This document shows positions 29,847-39,711 of a DNA stretch of 64,000 bases, in pieces. The DNA lies in the NCBI GenBank assembly GCA_965246715.1, contig CBDFFH010000046.1:54227-118226 (forward strand), read 5' to 3'. This stretch comes from Chamaesiphon sp. GTDB lineage: Bacteria > Cyanobacteriota > Cyanobacteriia > Cyanobacteriales > Chamaesiphonaceae. Each line of letters opens with the position of its first letter. Position 1 is the first letter of the stretch. The notes under the pieces were generated by a model, which was given only the letters and a program-made list of their open reading frames with translations, was not told the origin of the DNA and ran no database searches. The position numbers were made by a program, and so were the translations under genes.

Positions 29847-31694
29847 ATGACCGATCGCAGTGCCGATATCTCAGATCTAGAGCGGAATCACAAATTAGAT
29901 CCCGTTACCACTGCCAACCTGAATAATAAGTTAGCACAAGAGCCAGTGCCATTAGATTTTAACTCGGCACTAACAGTTGTCGATCCACCACTACCTCCAG
30001 GCAATACCGAGCAGCTACCAGCACCCAAACCCGATCGACGCTCGTGGGTGAAAACAGCCCTATTGTTATTGGCAATTCTGGGGATCGGGGCATTGGGCTT
30101 TGTGGGGATTCGGACTCTAAGTAGCCAAACTGCTGCCAAAGATAAATCTGCCGATCGAAAGCTCAAAGTTACCCCCGTATTAGTTGCCATAGCCATCCAG
30201 AAGACCGTCCCCGTGCAGATTAACGCGATCGGTACCGTCCAGTCGGGACTGACTGTATCGGTAACTCCCCAAGTCAGCGGGCGGATTAATGGCGTGTTTT
30301 TTAAAAAAGGTCAGGAAATTAAGAAAGGACAACTGTTATTTACACTCGACCAACAACCCCAAACTGCGACGATCCAACAAGCTCAGGGGGTAGTTCTCAA
30401 GGATGCAGCACTAGTCCAACAGGCGCAAGCCACGCTAGATAAAGATACTGGGCTAATCGCTACCGCCCAAGCTACTCTCGCCAAAGATTTACAGGCGATC
30501 GAACAAGCCAAAGCCACGCTGGATAAAGATACTGGCGCGATCGCGCAAGCTCAAGCTCTATTAAACAAAGATCTCGCCCAAGTTCAACAAGCCAAAGCTG
30601 TCCTCGCCAAAGACATCGCTCAGTCTAAATTTGCCAAAGGACAAAGCCAACGGTACGGGAATTTGTACAAGCAGGGTGCTGTTAGCTTAGACCAATCACA
30701 ACAATACACCGCCAATAATGACGTGGCTGCGGCAAATATTCGAGCTGATACAGAAGCGATTAAAAATGCTGAGGCGGTAGTACAGGGCGATCGCGTGGCG
30801 ATTATCAACGCTCAAGCAACCGTGCGGGGCGATCGGGCGGCGATTAAAAATGCTGAGGCCGTGGTTCAGGGCGATCGAGTGGCAATCGAAAATGCCAAAG
30901 CCGTTGTCCGTGGCGACCAGGCGGCAATTAGAAATGCTCAAGCTGGCATGGAGTCCGATCGAGGGACGTTGAAAAATGCCCAAGTTCAACTAGGTTATAC
31001 CAAAATTTACGCCTCGATCGCTGGTCGGGCGGGGAATATCCTCGTTCAAGCCGGAAATGTCGCCCAAGCTGGCGGTAATACCCCGCTGATGACGATCCTT
31101 CAGGTGAACCCGATTCAAGTCTCGTTTGCCGTACCAGCATCAAACCTGGCCCAAGTCCAAAAACGGATGAACGGTAATAAACTACCTGTCGATGTCAAAC
31201 TCGCCGATACCAATAGTAAGCCTATCTCCGGACAACTCTCGTTTGTCAATAACACTGTCGATAATACCACTGGCACGATTCAGTTGATTGGTGACTTTAA
31301 CAATAGCGATGGCAAACTGTATCCCGGTCAATATGTAAATGCTACGCTCACCCTGAGCGAAACACCCAACGCGATCGTCGTCCCATCTCAAGCCGTTCAG
31401 AATGGCCCGAATGGTCAGTTTGTATTTGTCGTCAAACCAGACATGACTGTCACAAATACACCAGTGGTTGCGACTATTGCAGCGGATGGCTTGAATGCAA
31501 TTCAAAAGGGGCTAAAAGCAGGCGATAAAGTCGTCACCGACGGTCAGGCTAATTTAGTTGATGGTGCTCAGGTAAGAGTCAAAGAGCCTGTTAATGGTAA
31601 ATCTGATGATGCTAGCGGATCGCGCCGTCAGGGTGGTCATAAATCTCGATCGACCTCCACCAATGCCCCCTCAACATCCCCCAGCCAACAGTAG
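29847..31694 (+). CDS. RND periplasmic adaptor (MdtA-like) with an expanded alpha-hairpin
   Basis: TM anchor; PQVSGRI...F.KGQ.IKKGQLLF; YTKIYASIAGRAG; VDNTTGTI; LYPGQYV. Confidence 0.93.
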   Translation: MTDRSADISDLERNHKLDPVTTANLNNKLAQEPVPLDFNSALTVVDPPLPPGNTEQLPAPKPDRRSWVKTALLLLAILGIGALGFVGIRTLSSQTAAKDKSADRKLKVTPVLVAIAIQKTVPVQINAIGTVQSGLTVSVTPQVSGRINGVFFKKGQEIKKGQLLFTLDQQPQTATIQQAQGVVLKDAALVQQAQATLDKDTGLIATAQATLAKDLQAIEQAKATLDKDTGAIAQAQALLNKDLAQVQQAKAVLAKDIAQSKFAKGQSQRYGNLYKQGAVSLDQSQQYTANNDVAAANIRADTEAIKNAEAVVQGDRVAIINAQATVRGDRAAIKNAEAVVQGDRVAIENAKAVVRGDQAAIRNAQAGMESDRGTLKNAQVQLGYTKIYASIAGRAGNILVQAGNVAQAGGNTPLMTILQVNPIQVSFAVPASNLAQVQKRMNGNKLPVDVKLADTNSKPISGQLSFVNNTVDNTTGTIQLIGDFNNSDGKLYPGQYVNATLTLSETPNAIVVPSQAVQNGPNGQFVFVVKPDMTVTNTPVVATIAADGLNAIQKGLKAGDKVVTDGQANLVDGAQVRVKEPVNGKSDDASGSRRQGGHKSRSTSTNAPSTSPSQQ

Positions 31695-31719
31695 GGACGC
31701 GGGGTTTAGCTTGAGATGG

Positions 31720-31885
31720 CGACCCACCCCGCCCCACGGCCACCCCTCCCGGAGGGGACTTTAAGAGGGAAGGGATTTAGAGTGGTTTAGAAGATTTGAG
31801 ATATCAAAATAAAGTCCAACCCAATCTGTAAGATTGGACATAAAAAATCCCCTCCTCGGAGGGGTGCCCGTAGGGTGGGGTGGGT
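31720..31885. repeat. Inverted pair of REP-like units
   Basis: cccaccccgccccacggccacccctcccggagggga and tcccctcctcggaggggtgcccgtagggtggggtggg. Confidence 0.7.
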
Positions 31886-31938
31886 AGATATCCGCCGAAG
31901 TCTATCAGAATCCAGCGCAAAATCCACAGCGAAACCTC

Positions 31939-34900
31939 ATGAACCTTTCCGAACTCTACATCCGCCGCCCAATTATGACCACCTTAGTGATGGTTGGTAT
32001 CCTGATTTTCGGCTGGATGAGCTATCAAACCCTCCCGATTAGCTACCTTCCCAACGTAGACTATCCCACCATTCAGGTCACCGCCTCCCGCCCTGGAGCC
32101 AGCCCTGAAAACATGTCCGCGTCCGTCTCCCGCCCGCTGGAAAAGCAATTTTCTAGCATTGCGGGATTGGATACGCTCAGTTCCACCAGCTCTCTGGGCA
32201 AAACTCAACTCACCCTTCAATTCAATCTCAGTCGCAACATCGACGATGCTGCCCAAGATGTCGAAGCGGCAATCCAAGCATCAGCAGGGCAAATTCCCAA
32301 CGACTTACCCAATCCCCCCACCTATAGCAAGGTCAATCCCGCCGACCAACCGATCTTATATCTCTATCTCAAATCGCCCACCCTCCAGCTTTCCGAAGTC
32401 GATCGATATGCCCAATCCTACATCGCCCAGAAACTTTCGACAATTAGCGGTGTGGCTCAAGTTCAACTCTACGGTTCCCAAAAGTACGCCACCCGCATCC
32501 AGATCGACCCCCAGCAATTGGCGAGTCGCCAACTGGGATTAGACCAAGTACAGACGGCGATTCAACAGGGTAATGTCAATTTACCCACGGGGAGCCTGTC
32601 GGGTAAATTCAAAAATTTTGCAGTGCAAACTAACGGTCAACTGGCTGATGCCGCCGCTTATCGAAAATTAATCGTCTCTTATAATAACGGTGCGCCGACA
32701 TATTTGGAACAGCTAGGGCGCGTGGTTGACGGTGTGGAAAACGATCGAGTTGCTAGTTGGTACAACGACAATCGGGCAATTATCCTCGCAATTCAGCGAC
32801 AACCAGGCACCAATACCGTGCAAGTCGTCGATACGATTAAAAAGTTGCTACCGAGTATTCGCACTCAGATTCCTGGATCGATCGAATTGGGCGTGATGTA
32901 CGATGCCGCTCAATCAGTGCGGGATTCGGTCGATGATGTCAAGTTTACGCTGGTACTGACGATCGGTTTAGTCATTCTCGTTATCTTCCTGTTTCTCCGC
33001 AACTTATCCGCCACGATTATTCCCAGTCTGGCATTACCCGTCTCGCTGATCGGTACCTTCGCGGTGATGCAGCAACTCAACTTTTCCCTCGATAATTTAT
33101 CGCTGATGGCATTGACTCTATCCGTGGGATTTGTCGTGGATGATGCGATCGTGATGTTGGAAAATATCGTTCGCCATTTGGAAATGGGTGAAAGTCCCTT
33201 ACAGGCCGCCTTGAATGGTTCGCGGGAAATCAGTTTTACGATTCTGTCGATGACACTTTCCCTTGTCGCTGTATTTATCCCGATGCTGTTTATGGGGGGA
33301 TTATTAGGGCGACTATTCCATGAATTTGCCGTGACGATCGCTGTGGCTATTTTAGTCTCAGGATTTGTATCTCTGAGCCTCACGCCAATGCTGTGCAGTC
33401 GGTTTTTACGTCCAGTAGACCATAGTAACCAAAGCCGCCTTTACAAAGCTTCTGAAGCGATGTTCGATCGAGTCTTAGCTGGATACGATTGGAGTTTGAA
33501 AAAAGTGATGAAGTATCATTTCACCACGATGATTTTCTCCACAGTTTTATTAATCGCTACCGTCGGACTATTTACCCTCGTCCCCAAGGGTTTCATCCCC
33601 AGCGAAGATACCAGCCAAATCATCGGCGTTACCCAAGCGGCTCAAGATGCTTCCTTCGCCGAACTCAGCCGCCATCAGCAACAAGTCGTCGATGTGATTC
33701 GCCAAGATCCGAATGTCGAAGCAGTGAATTCCAACATCGGTGGGAGTAACGGATCGATCGCGCCTAGCAATTCCGGTAGCTTATTTATCCGCCTCAAGCC
33801 CCATAACGAACGCTCTGTCGGTGCTGATGGAATCATTCAAACCCTCCGCCCCCAACTAGCCGCCATTCCAGGGATTCAAGTCTTCCTCCAAAATCCCCCC
33901 GCCATTCCCGTCGGCGCACAACAAACTACCGGACTCTATCAATTATCCCTCCAAAGTTCCGATGCCGCCGTCCTCGATCGATACGTCCCCCAACTCGTCG
34001 ATAAACTCCGCGCACTCACCCAAATTCAAGATGTCAACAGCGATCTGCAAGTTACATCCCAAGTAAAAATCGATATCGATCGCGATCGAGCATCAGCCTA
34101 CAATATCACCGCCCAGCAAATCGAAAATACCCTCAGAAATGCCTACGGCTCATACCAAGTTTCCACCGTATATGGAGCCAGCAATCAGTATCAAGTAATT
34201 CTGGAATTGATGCCTCAATATCAACAGGATCTCAACTCCCTGCTCTCCCTATATGTCAAATCCACCACCGGACAAGCCGTACCCCTGAGCACCATTGCCA
34301 AACTCTCTCAAGGCACAGCACCACTGACAATCAACCATGTCGGTCGATCGAATGCCGCGACAATTTCCTTTAATTTAGCACCAGGCGTATCTTTAGGAAC
34401 AGCCAATGAATCGATCGATAGTATCGTCCAACAAAACATCCCTCTGAGCATCACCACCAGCCAACAAGGAGCCAGTCAAGTCTTCCAAAGTTCGCTCCCT
34501 AGTTTGGGACTATTACTATTAATTGCCATCCTAGTAATTTATCTAATTCTCGGCATTCTCTACGAAGATTTCTTACACCCAATTACGATTTTATCGGGAC
34601 TACCTTCAGCGGGATTTGGGGCACTATTAACATTGCTGATATTTAATGTCGAACTAAATGTTTACTCCTTCATCGGCATTATTCTCCTCGTCGGTATCGT
34701 CAAGAAAAACGGGATTATGATGGTGGATTTTGCGATTGAAGCTCAACAAAGCGAAAAACTTCAACCAGCCGCAGCTATTTATAAAGCCTGTCTGGTACGA
34801 TTTCGACCGATTATGATGACCACAATGGCAGCTTTGGTGGGTACACTCCCGATCGCGCTAGGTTTTGGTGCGGGTTCGGAATCTCGCCGTCCGCTGGGAA

Positions 34901-35031
34901 TTGCAGTAGTCGGAGGATTGGTGTTTTCGCAAGTATTAACACTGTATTTAACTCCAGTTTTTTATATTTACATGGAATCATGGCGCAAACAATTTACGCA
35001 AATGAAAACAAGGAGGAAGGTATCATTGTAA
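31939..35031 (+). CDS. RND efflux permease (MdtB/MdtC-like) 1
   Basis: MNLSELYIRRPI, GFVVDDAIVMLENI, GIVKKNGIMMVDFA, RFRPIMMTT. Confidence 0.96.
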   Translation: MNLSELYIRRPIMTTLVMVGILIFGWMSYQTLPISYLPNVDYPTIQVTASRPGASPENMSASVSRPLEKQFSSIAGLDTLSSTSSLGKTQLTLQFNLSRNIDDAAQDVEAAIQASAGQIPNDLPNPPTYSKVNPADQPILYLYLKSPTLQLSEVDRYAQSYIAQKLSTISGVAQVQLYGSQKYATRIQIDPQQLASRQLGLDQVQTAIQQGNVNLPTGSLSGKFKNFAVQTNGQLADAAAYRKLIVSYNNGAPTYLEQLGRVVDGVENDRVASWYNDNRAIILAIQRQPGTNTVQVVDTIKKLLPSIRTQIPGSIELGVMYDAAQSVRDSVDDVKFTLVLTIGLVILVIFLFLRNLSATIIPSLALPVSLIGTFAVMQQLNFSLDNLSLMALTLSVGFVVDDAIVMLENIVRHLEMGESPLQAALNGSREISFTILSMTLSLVAVFIPMLFMGGLLGRLFHEFAVTIAVAILVSGFVSLSLTPMLCSRFLRPVDHSNQSRLYKASEAMFDRVLAGYDWSLKKVMKYHFTTMIFSTVLLIATVGLFTLVPKGFIPSEDTSQIIGVTQAAQDASFAELSRHQQQVVDVIRQDPNVEAVNSNIGGSNGSIAPSNSGSLFIRLKPHNERSVGADGIIQTLRPQLAAIPGIQVFLQNPPAIPVGAQQTTGLYQLSLQSSDAAVLDRYVPQLVDKLRALTQIQDVNSDLQVTSQVKIDIDRDRASAYNITAQQIENTLRNAYGSYQVSTVYGASNQYQVILELMPQYQQDLNSLLSLYVKSTTGQAVPLSTIAKLSQGTAPLTINHVGRSNAATISFNLAPGVSLGTANESIDSIVQQNIPLSITTSQQGASQVFQSSLPSLGLLLLIAILVIYLILGILYEDFLHPITILSGLPSAGFGALLTLLIFNVELNVYSFIGIILLVGIVKKNGIMMVDFAIEAQQSEKLQPAAAIYKACLVRFRPIMMTTMAALVGTLPIALGFGAGSESRRPLGIAVVGGLVFSQVLTLYLTPVFYIYMESWRKQFTQMKTRRKVSL

Positions 35032-35095
35032 TGTATTTTGGCTACTTTAATAAACGTTTTTTCATTTCAGAAATTTAAGCTGGCATCCTTGCTAA

Positions 35096-35278
35096 ACGTT
35101 TGAGCTTCTGAGGTTTCAGGATAGGGAGAAGATTCCATATGATGACGAACAGGCAAAAGCAATTAGTATACTGCTTCTCAGTCAAGGGTTTGATGCAATC
35201 GAGATTCGCGAAGTTGGAACTTTGGTGATTATTTTCAGTAAAGAACAAGTCGTTGTACACAACATGGAGAAATTATGA
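35096..35278 (+). pseudogene. Start-less fragment resembling the C-terminus of an ADP-ribosyltransferase-like domain
   Basis: Frame ...AISILLLSQGFDAIEIREVGTLVIIFSKEQVVVHNMEKL* with ATGA overlap onto the next ORF; no upstream start. Confidence 0.35.
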
Positions 35279-35529
35279 CTGAGCAAAAAATAGGATGCCC
35301 AATTTGCAAATATTATAACTTTGATGGTACTTGCCCAGCTTTTCCCGATCGGATTCCGATGATGTTTTTGTCAGGAGAGCGCAGACATACAGAAAAAATA
35401 GAAGGTCAGCAAGATGACACTATTTTTGAATGGATTTCTCCTGAAGAACAACAACAAAGGGTGAAGGAAATTCTTGCACAATACGATCGCAAAGTACAAG
35501 AAGCTTTATTGTCGAGTGGATCGCTTTGA
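35275..35529 (+). CDS. Small Cys/His protein (CxxC...C.AFPD.IP...H)
   Basis: CPICKYYNFDGTCPAFPDRIP...GERRH; GGAG RBS upstream. Confidence 0.7.
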   Translation: MTEQKIGCPICKYYNFDGTCPAFPDRIPMMFLSGERRHTEKIEGQQDDTIFEWISPEEQQQRVKEILAQYDRKVQEALLSSGSL

Positions 35530-35556
35530 TAAAAATACGATCGCAAGATAGAGAAC

Positions 35557-36159
35557 ATGAACCAGGTATTTATCGAAGAAGAAACTTTTGACAAAATAGA
35601 CTTCACTCAAAACCCCTTGAGTAAAGGTGAATATGAATACTGCACTTTCCTAAACTGCGAGCTTTCGTATTCTGATCTTTCAGAGTTTAAATTTTTGGAA
35701 TGTGAATTCTCAGGTTGCAACCTAAGTTTAGCAAAGCTCACTCAAACAGCATTGAAAGATATTAAATTCAAAAGCTGCAAAATGTTAGGACTAAATTTTG
35801 GAGAGTGTAATGAATTTAGATTTACAGTTAACTTTGATACCTGCATCCTCGATCGATCCTCTTTCCTTGGTGCAGCGTCTTCCTTGAAGAAGCGAATCAA
35901 ACTCAAGCAAACAGTATTTAAAAACTCTCAACTTTACGAAGTAGATTTTACCGAATGCGATCTCAGCTCTGCTAGCTTTGAAAACTGCGATTTGACAGGA
36001 GCGATCTTCAAAGACACGATTCTAGAAAAAGCCGACTTTCGGACTGCGATAAACTATTCGATCGATCCAGAACTCAACCGCATCAAGAAAGCTAAGTTCT
36101 CTCGATCGGGTATAGCAGGACTATTGGATAAATACGATATCGAAATAGAACTAAAATGA
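35557..36159 (+). CDS. Pentapeptide-repeat protein (Qnr/McbG-like)
   Basis: Continuous CTFLN/CELSY/SDLSE/CEFSG/CNLSL repeats; AT-rich. Confidence 0.9.
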   Translation: MNQVFIEEETFDKIDFTQNPLSKGEYEYCTFLNCELSYSDLSEFKFLECEFSGCNLSLAKLTQTALKDIKFKSCKMLGLNFGECNEFRFTVNFDTCILDRSSFLGAASSLKKRIKLKQTVFKNSQLYEVDFTECDLSSASFENCDLTGAIFKDTILEKADFRTAINYSIDPELNRIKKAKFSRSGIAGLLDKYDIEIELK

Positions 36160-36262
36160 CAATCCAAATGTAAATGTTAACGTCATTGTTCATATCCTCC
36201 TGTTGGCTTAATCTCAAACTTCCAAGCGATCGAATTGTAATTTAATCGGGAGAAACACTGTC

Positions 36263-39200
36263 ATGAACTTATCAGAAATCTTCATTCGTCGTCCAGTCAT
36301 GACAGTGCTCGTGATGCTCGCCATCCTCCTGTTTGGAGCAATGAGCTACACCCTGCTCCCGATTAGTGCCCTCCCCAGCGTCGAATATCCCTTCATCCAA
36401 GTCTCCGCCAGCCTCCCAGGTGCCACTCCCGAAGTCATGGCGGCTTCTGTCGCAGCACCCCTAGAGCGACAATTTACCGAAATCGCGGGACTCAATTCTT
36501 TCAACTCCAGCAGTTCCACTGGTAGCACGAGTATTTCTCTGCAATTTGACTTTAGCCGTCGGGTGGATGAAGCTGCAAAAGATGTCCAGGCTGCCATCTC
36601 TGCGGCTGCTGGACAACTGCCGACGGGGATGCCCAAACCCCCGACTTATCGCAAGGTTAACCCGTCTGTTGCGCCGATTTTGTATCTATATCTCTACTCT
36701 GATACCGTCCCAATTTCGACTGTTGATGATTATGCTGAGGTGACGATTTCCCAGCCGATTTCGTCGATTTCAGGGGTGGCGCAGGTCAATGTTTTCGGTC
36801 AAAAACAATATGCAGTGCGGGTGCAACTCGACCCGAAAGCTTTGGCGAGTAAGGGGATTGGGATTGATGATGTCCGCTCGGCGATTCAACAAGGTAATGT
36901 GAGTTTACCGACGGGGAGTTTATCCGGCGACCATAAGAGCTATCTGATTGGTACTAATGGTCAACTCAGTAATGCCGACGGGTATCGCGCGCTAACTGTC
37001 ATGTACAAGAATGGCGCAGCAGTTAAGTTACAAGATTTGGGGACAGTGTTGGATGATGTCCAAAATAATAAGATTACCAACCGTTATAGCGATGACAAAG
37101 TAACTAATAAAAAAGCGATCGTGCTAGCCGTACAACCCCAGCCTGGAGCCAATACCGTCCAGATTGTGGATGCGATTAAGGCGATGATGCCCAATCTACG
37201 GGCACAGGTACCGGAATCAATTCAGATGGGGATTTTTTACGATCGTTCTCTATCGATTCGATCGTCCGTAGATGATGTCAAATTTACGCTAGTTTTATCG
37301 ATTTGTTTGGTAGTTTTAGTTATCTTTCTATTTCTGCGCAATGTCACCGCCACGATTATCCCTAGTTTGGCAATTCCCGTCGCGATTATCGGTACGTTTG
37401 CGGCGATGTATGTCTTGGGTTATTCGCTCAATAACTTATCCTTGATGGCTTTGACGCTAGCTGTCGGGTTTGTCGTCGATGATGCGATCGTGGTTTTGGA
37501 AAATATTACCCGTCACCAAGAAATGGGTGAAGGCAGAAAAACGGCAGCTTTTAAAGGCTCTCGCGAGATTGGTTTTACGATCGTATCCATGACGCTTTCC
37601 CTCGTGGCGGTATTTATCCCGATTATGTTTATGGGTGGCTTGATTGGCAAGCTATTTCATGAATTCGCGATTACGATCTCGGTCGCGATTTTGATATCAG
37701 GATTTGTCTCTTTGAGTCTGACCCCGATGCTCTGTAGTCGTTTCCTCTCCGCCGCACCAACCAAACCAAATTTACTCTATCGGTTCCTCGAAAAGAGTTT
37801 CGATCTGCTCCAACGTGGCTATGCTTGGACGCTCCGACCAGTATTAAAATATCGCAGTCTGACGATCGTTGTATCTCTGATGATTCTACTCGGTACGGGT
37901 TATCTATTTACGCTTGTCTCCAAAGGGTTGATTCCTTACGAAGATACCGGACAGATTACGGGCAACACCAAAGCCGCTCAGGATATCTCGTTTGATAATA
38001 TGCTCAAACACCAGCAGCAGATCGTGCGGATTCTCAGGAAAGATCCAAATATTGCGGCGATTAACTCCACCGTGGGATCGGGTGGGCCGAATGGTTCGGC
38101 TAATAGTGGGCGGATTACGATTCGGCTCAAACCCCGCGACCAGCGGAAACTCAATTCCGAAGAGATTATCAAAGGGTTTGGATCGAAGCTGCGGGGGATT
38201 CCAGGGATTCAAGCATTCTTACGATCTCCCCCAGCCATCCCATTAGGCGGTCAACAAACCAATTCCCAGTACCAGCTTACGGTTCAGAGTTTGGATCTCG
38301 CCGAATTACGGAAATATATGCCGATTTTGTTAGAGCGAGTTCAAGCAATCCCTGGCTTGCGCGGTGTCGATAGCGACCTCCAGCTCGCTACCCCCCAAAT
38401 CAACGTCGCGGTTGACCATGAAAAGGCCGCTCTGTTGGGAGTGAGCGTCGCCCAGATCCAGCGCACCCTGGGCGATGCTTATGGTTCCGGTCAGGTTTCG
38501 ACGATCTACGGGGCAAACAATCAATATACGGTCGTGCTGGAACTCAAACCAGAATATCAACGCGACCCCAGTGCTTTGTCATCGCTCTATGTGCGAAGTG
38601 CCGCACCAGCATCAACGACAGCGCAAGCAGCGAACGCTGGGCAGACATCGAACAACACGCAAGCAACCAACTCACAAGCAACGAACACAACACCAACAGC
38701 CAACACAGCACAGACCTTAACCACCGCACAAACAGCGAAGGCTGGAGTGGTGCTGCCGCTCAGCTCGGTAGCAACTATTACTCAGGGCATCGGTCCCCTC
38801 ACCGTCAATCACTTGTCAGGGCTGCCTTCGGCGACGATTTCCTTCGATACTCTGCCTGGAGTATCACTCAGCGACGCGACCGCATTAATTAACAAAGCTG
38901 CCGCCGAGGTGCTTCCTAGTACCGTTACGGCTAGCTTTCAGGGAGCCGCTCAAGCTTTCAATGATTCATTTACTAGTCTGGGCGGGCTATTGATAGTTTC
39001 GATCGTGGTTATCTATCTAATTTTGGGGATTCTCTATGAAGATTTTATCCACCCGATTACGATTCTTTCGGGCTTACCTTCGGCTGGTTTCGGTGCGTTA
39101 TTAACATTACTAGTGTTTGGAGTAGAGCTAAATCTCTACTCTTTTATCGGCATTATCTTGTTAATTGGCATCGTCAAGAAAAATGGGATTATGCTGGTAG

Positions 39201-39505
39201 ATTTTGCCATCGAACGTCAACGCCACATCGCGAATATCCTCCCCCAGCAAGCAATTTATGAAGCTTGTCTGGTGCGGTTTCGACCGATTATGATGACGAC
39301 GATGGCAGCATTAATTGGCACAATTCCGATCGCACTTGGGGCTGGTTCTGGCTCCGAAGCGCGGCGACCATTGGGGATTGCGATCGTCGGCGGTCTATTC
39401 TTTTCCCAAATTTTGACGCTTTATCTCACTCCAGTTTTCTACATCTATCTAGAATCTTTGCGCCAATATCTCGGTCGGAAAAAGTTAAAACGGGCAATAA
39501 ATTGA
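36263..39505 (+). CDS. RND efflux permease (MdtB/MdtC-like) 2
   Basis: Paralogue of 31939 with the same signature motifs; T/A/N/Q-rich insertion at ~38600-38745. Confidence 0.96.
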   Translation: MNLSEIFIRRPVMTVLVMLAILLFGAMSYTLLPISALPSVEYPFIQVSASLPGATPEVMAASVAAPLERQFTEIAGLNSFNSSSSTGSTSISLQFDFSRRVDEAAKDVQAAISAAAGQLPTGMPKPPTYRKVNPSVAPILYLYLYSDTVPISTVDDYAEVTISQPISSISGVAQVNVFGQKQYAVRVQLDPKALASKGIGIDDVRSAIQQGNVSLPTGSLSGDHKSYLIGTNGQLSNADGYRALTVMYKNGAAVKLQDLGTVLDDVQNNKITNRYSDDKVTNKKAIVLAVQPQPGANTVQIVDAIKAMMPNLRAQVPESIQMGIFYDRSLSIRSSVDDVKFTLVLSICLVVLVIFLFLRNVTATIIPSLAIPVAIIGTFAAMYVLGYSLNNLSLMALTLAVGFVVDDAIVVLENITRHQEMGEGRKTAAFKGSREIGFTIVSMTLSLVAVFIPIMFMGGLIGKLFHEFAITISVAILISGFVSLSLTPMLCSRFLSAAPTKPNLLYRFLEKSFDLLQRGYAWTLRPVLKYRSLTIVVSLMILLGTGYLFTLVSKGLIPYEDTGQITGNTKAAQDISFDNMLKHQQQIVRILRKDPNIAAINSTVGSGGPNGSANSGRITIRLKPRDQRKLNSEEIIKGFGSKLRGIPGIQAFLRSPPAIPLGGQQTNSQYQLTVQSLDLAELRKYMPILLERVQAIPGLRGVDSDLQLATPQINVAVDHEKAALLGVSVAQIQRTLGDAYGSGQVSTIYGANNQYTVVLELKPEYQRDPSALSSLYVRSAAPASTTAQAANAGQTSNNTQATNSQATNTTPTANTAQTLTTAQTAKAGVVLPLSSVATITQGIGPLTVNHLSGLPSATISFDTLPGVSLSDATALINKAAAEVLPSTVTASFQGAAQAFNDSFTSLGGLLIVSIVVIYLILGILYEDFIHPITILSGLPSAGFGALLTLLVFGVELNLYSFIGIILLIGIVKKNGIMLVDFAIERQRHIANILPQQAIYEACLVRFRPIMMTTMAALIGTIPIALGAGSGSEARRPLGIAIVGGLFFSQILTLYLTPVFYIYLESLRQYLGRKKLKRAIN

Positions 39506-39711
39506 AGTTACAGTGCAAATAGTTTCTTCATCGGTTTGACACCTTTACCGAGAGATACTGCTTCATTCAAATATTCAGAAATCCCAACCGCATCTTCCGA
39601 TCGTCCGTAATAAAGAGTAGTGATTGTAAAGAGTAGGATCGACGACACCCCGTGCTTCGTGGTTGGTGATGACAACAGTGGCAACATGTCCGCCCCAAAG
39701 GCATCATTACT

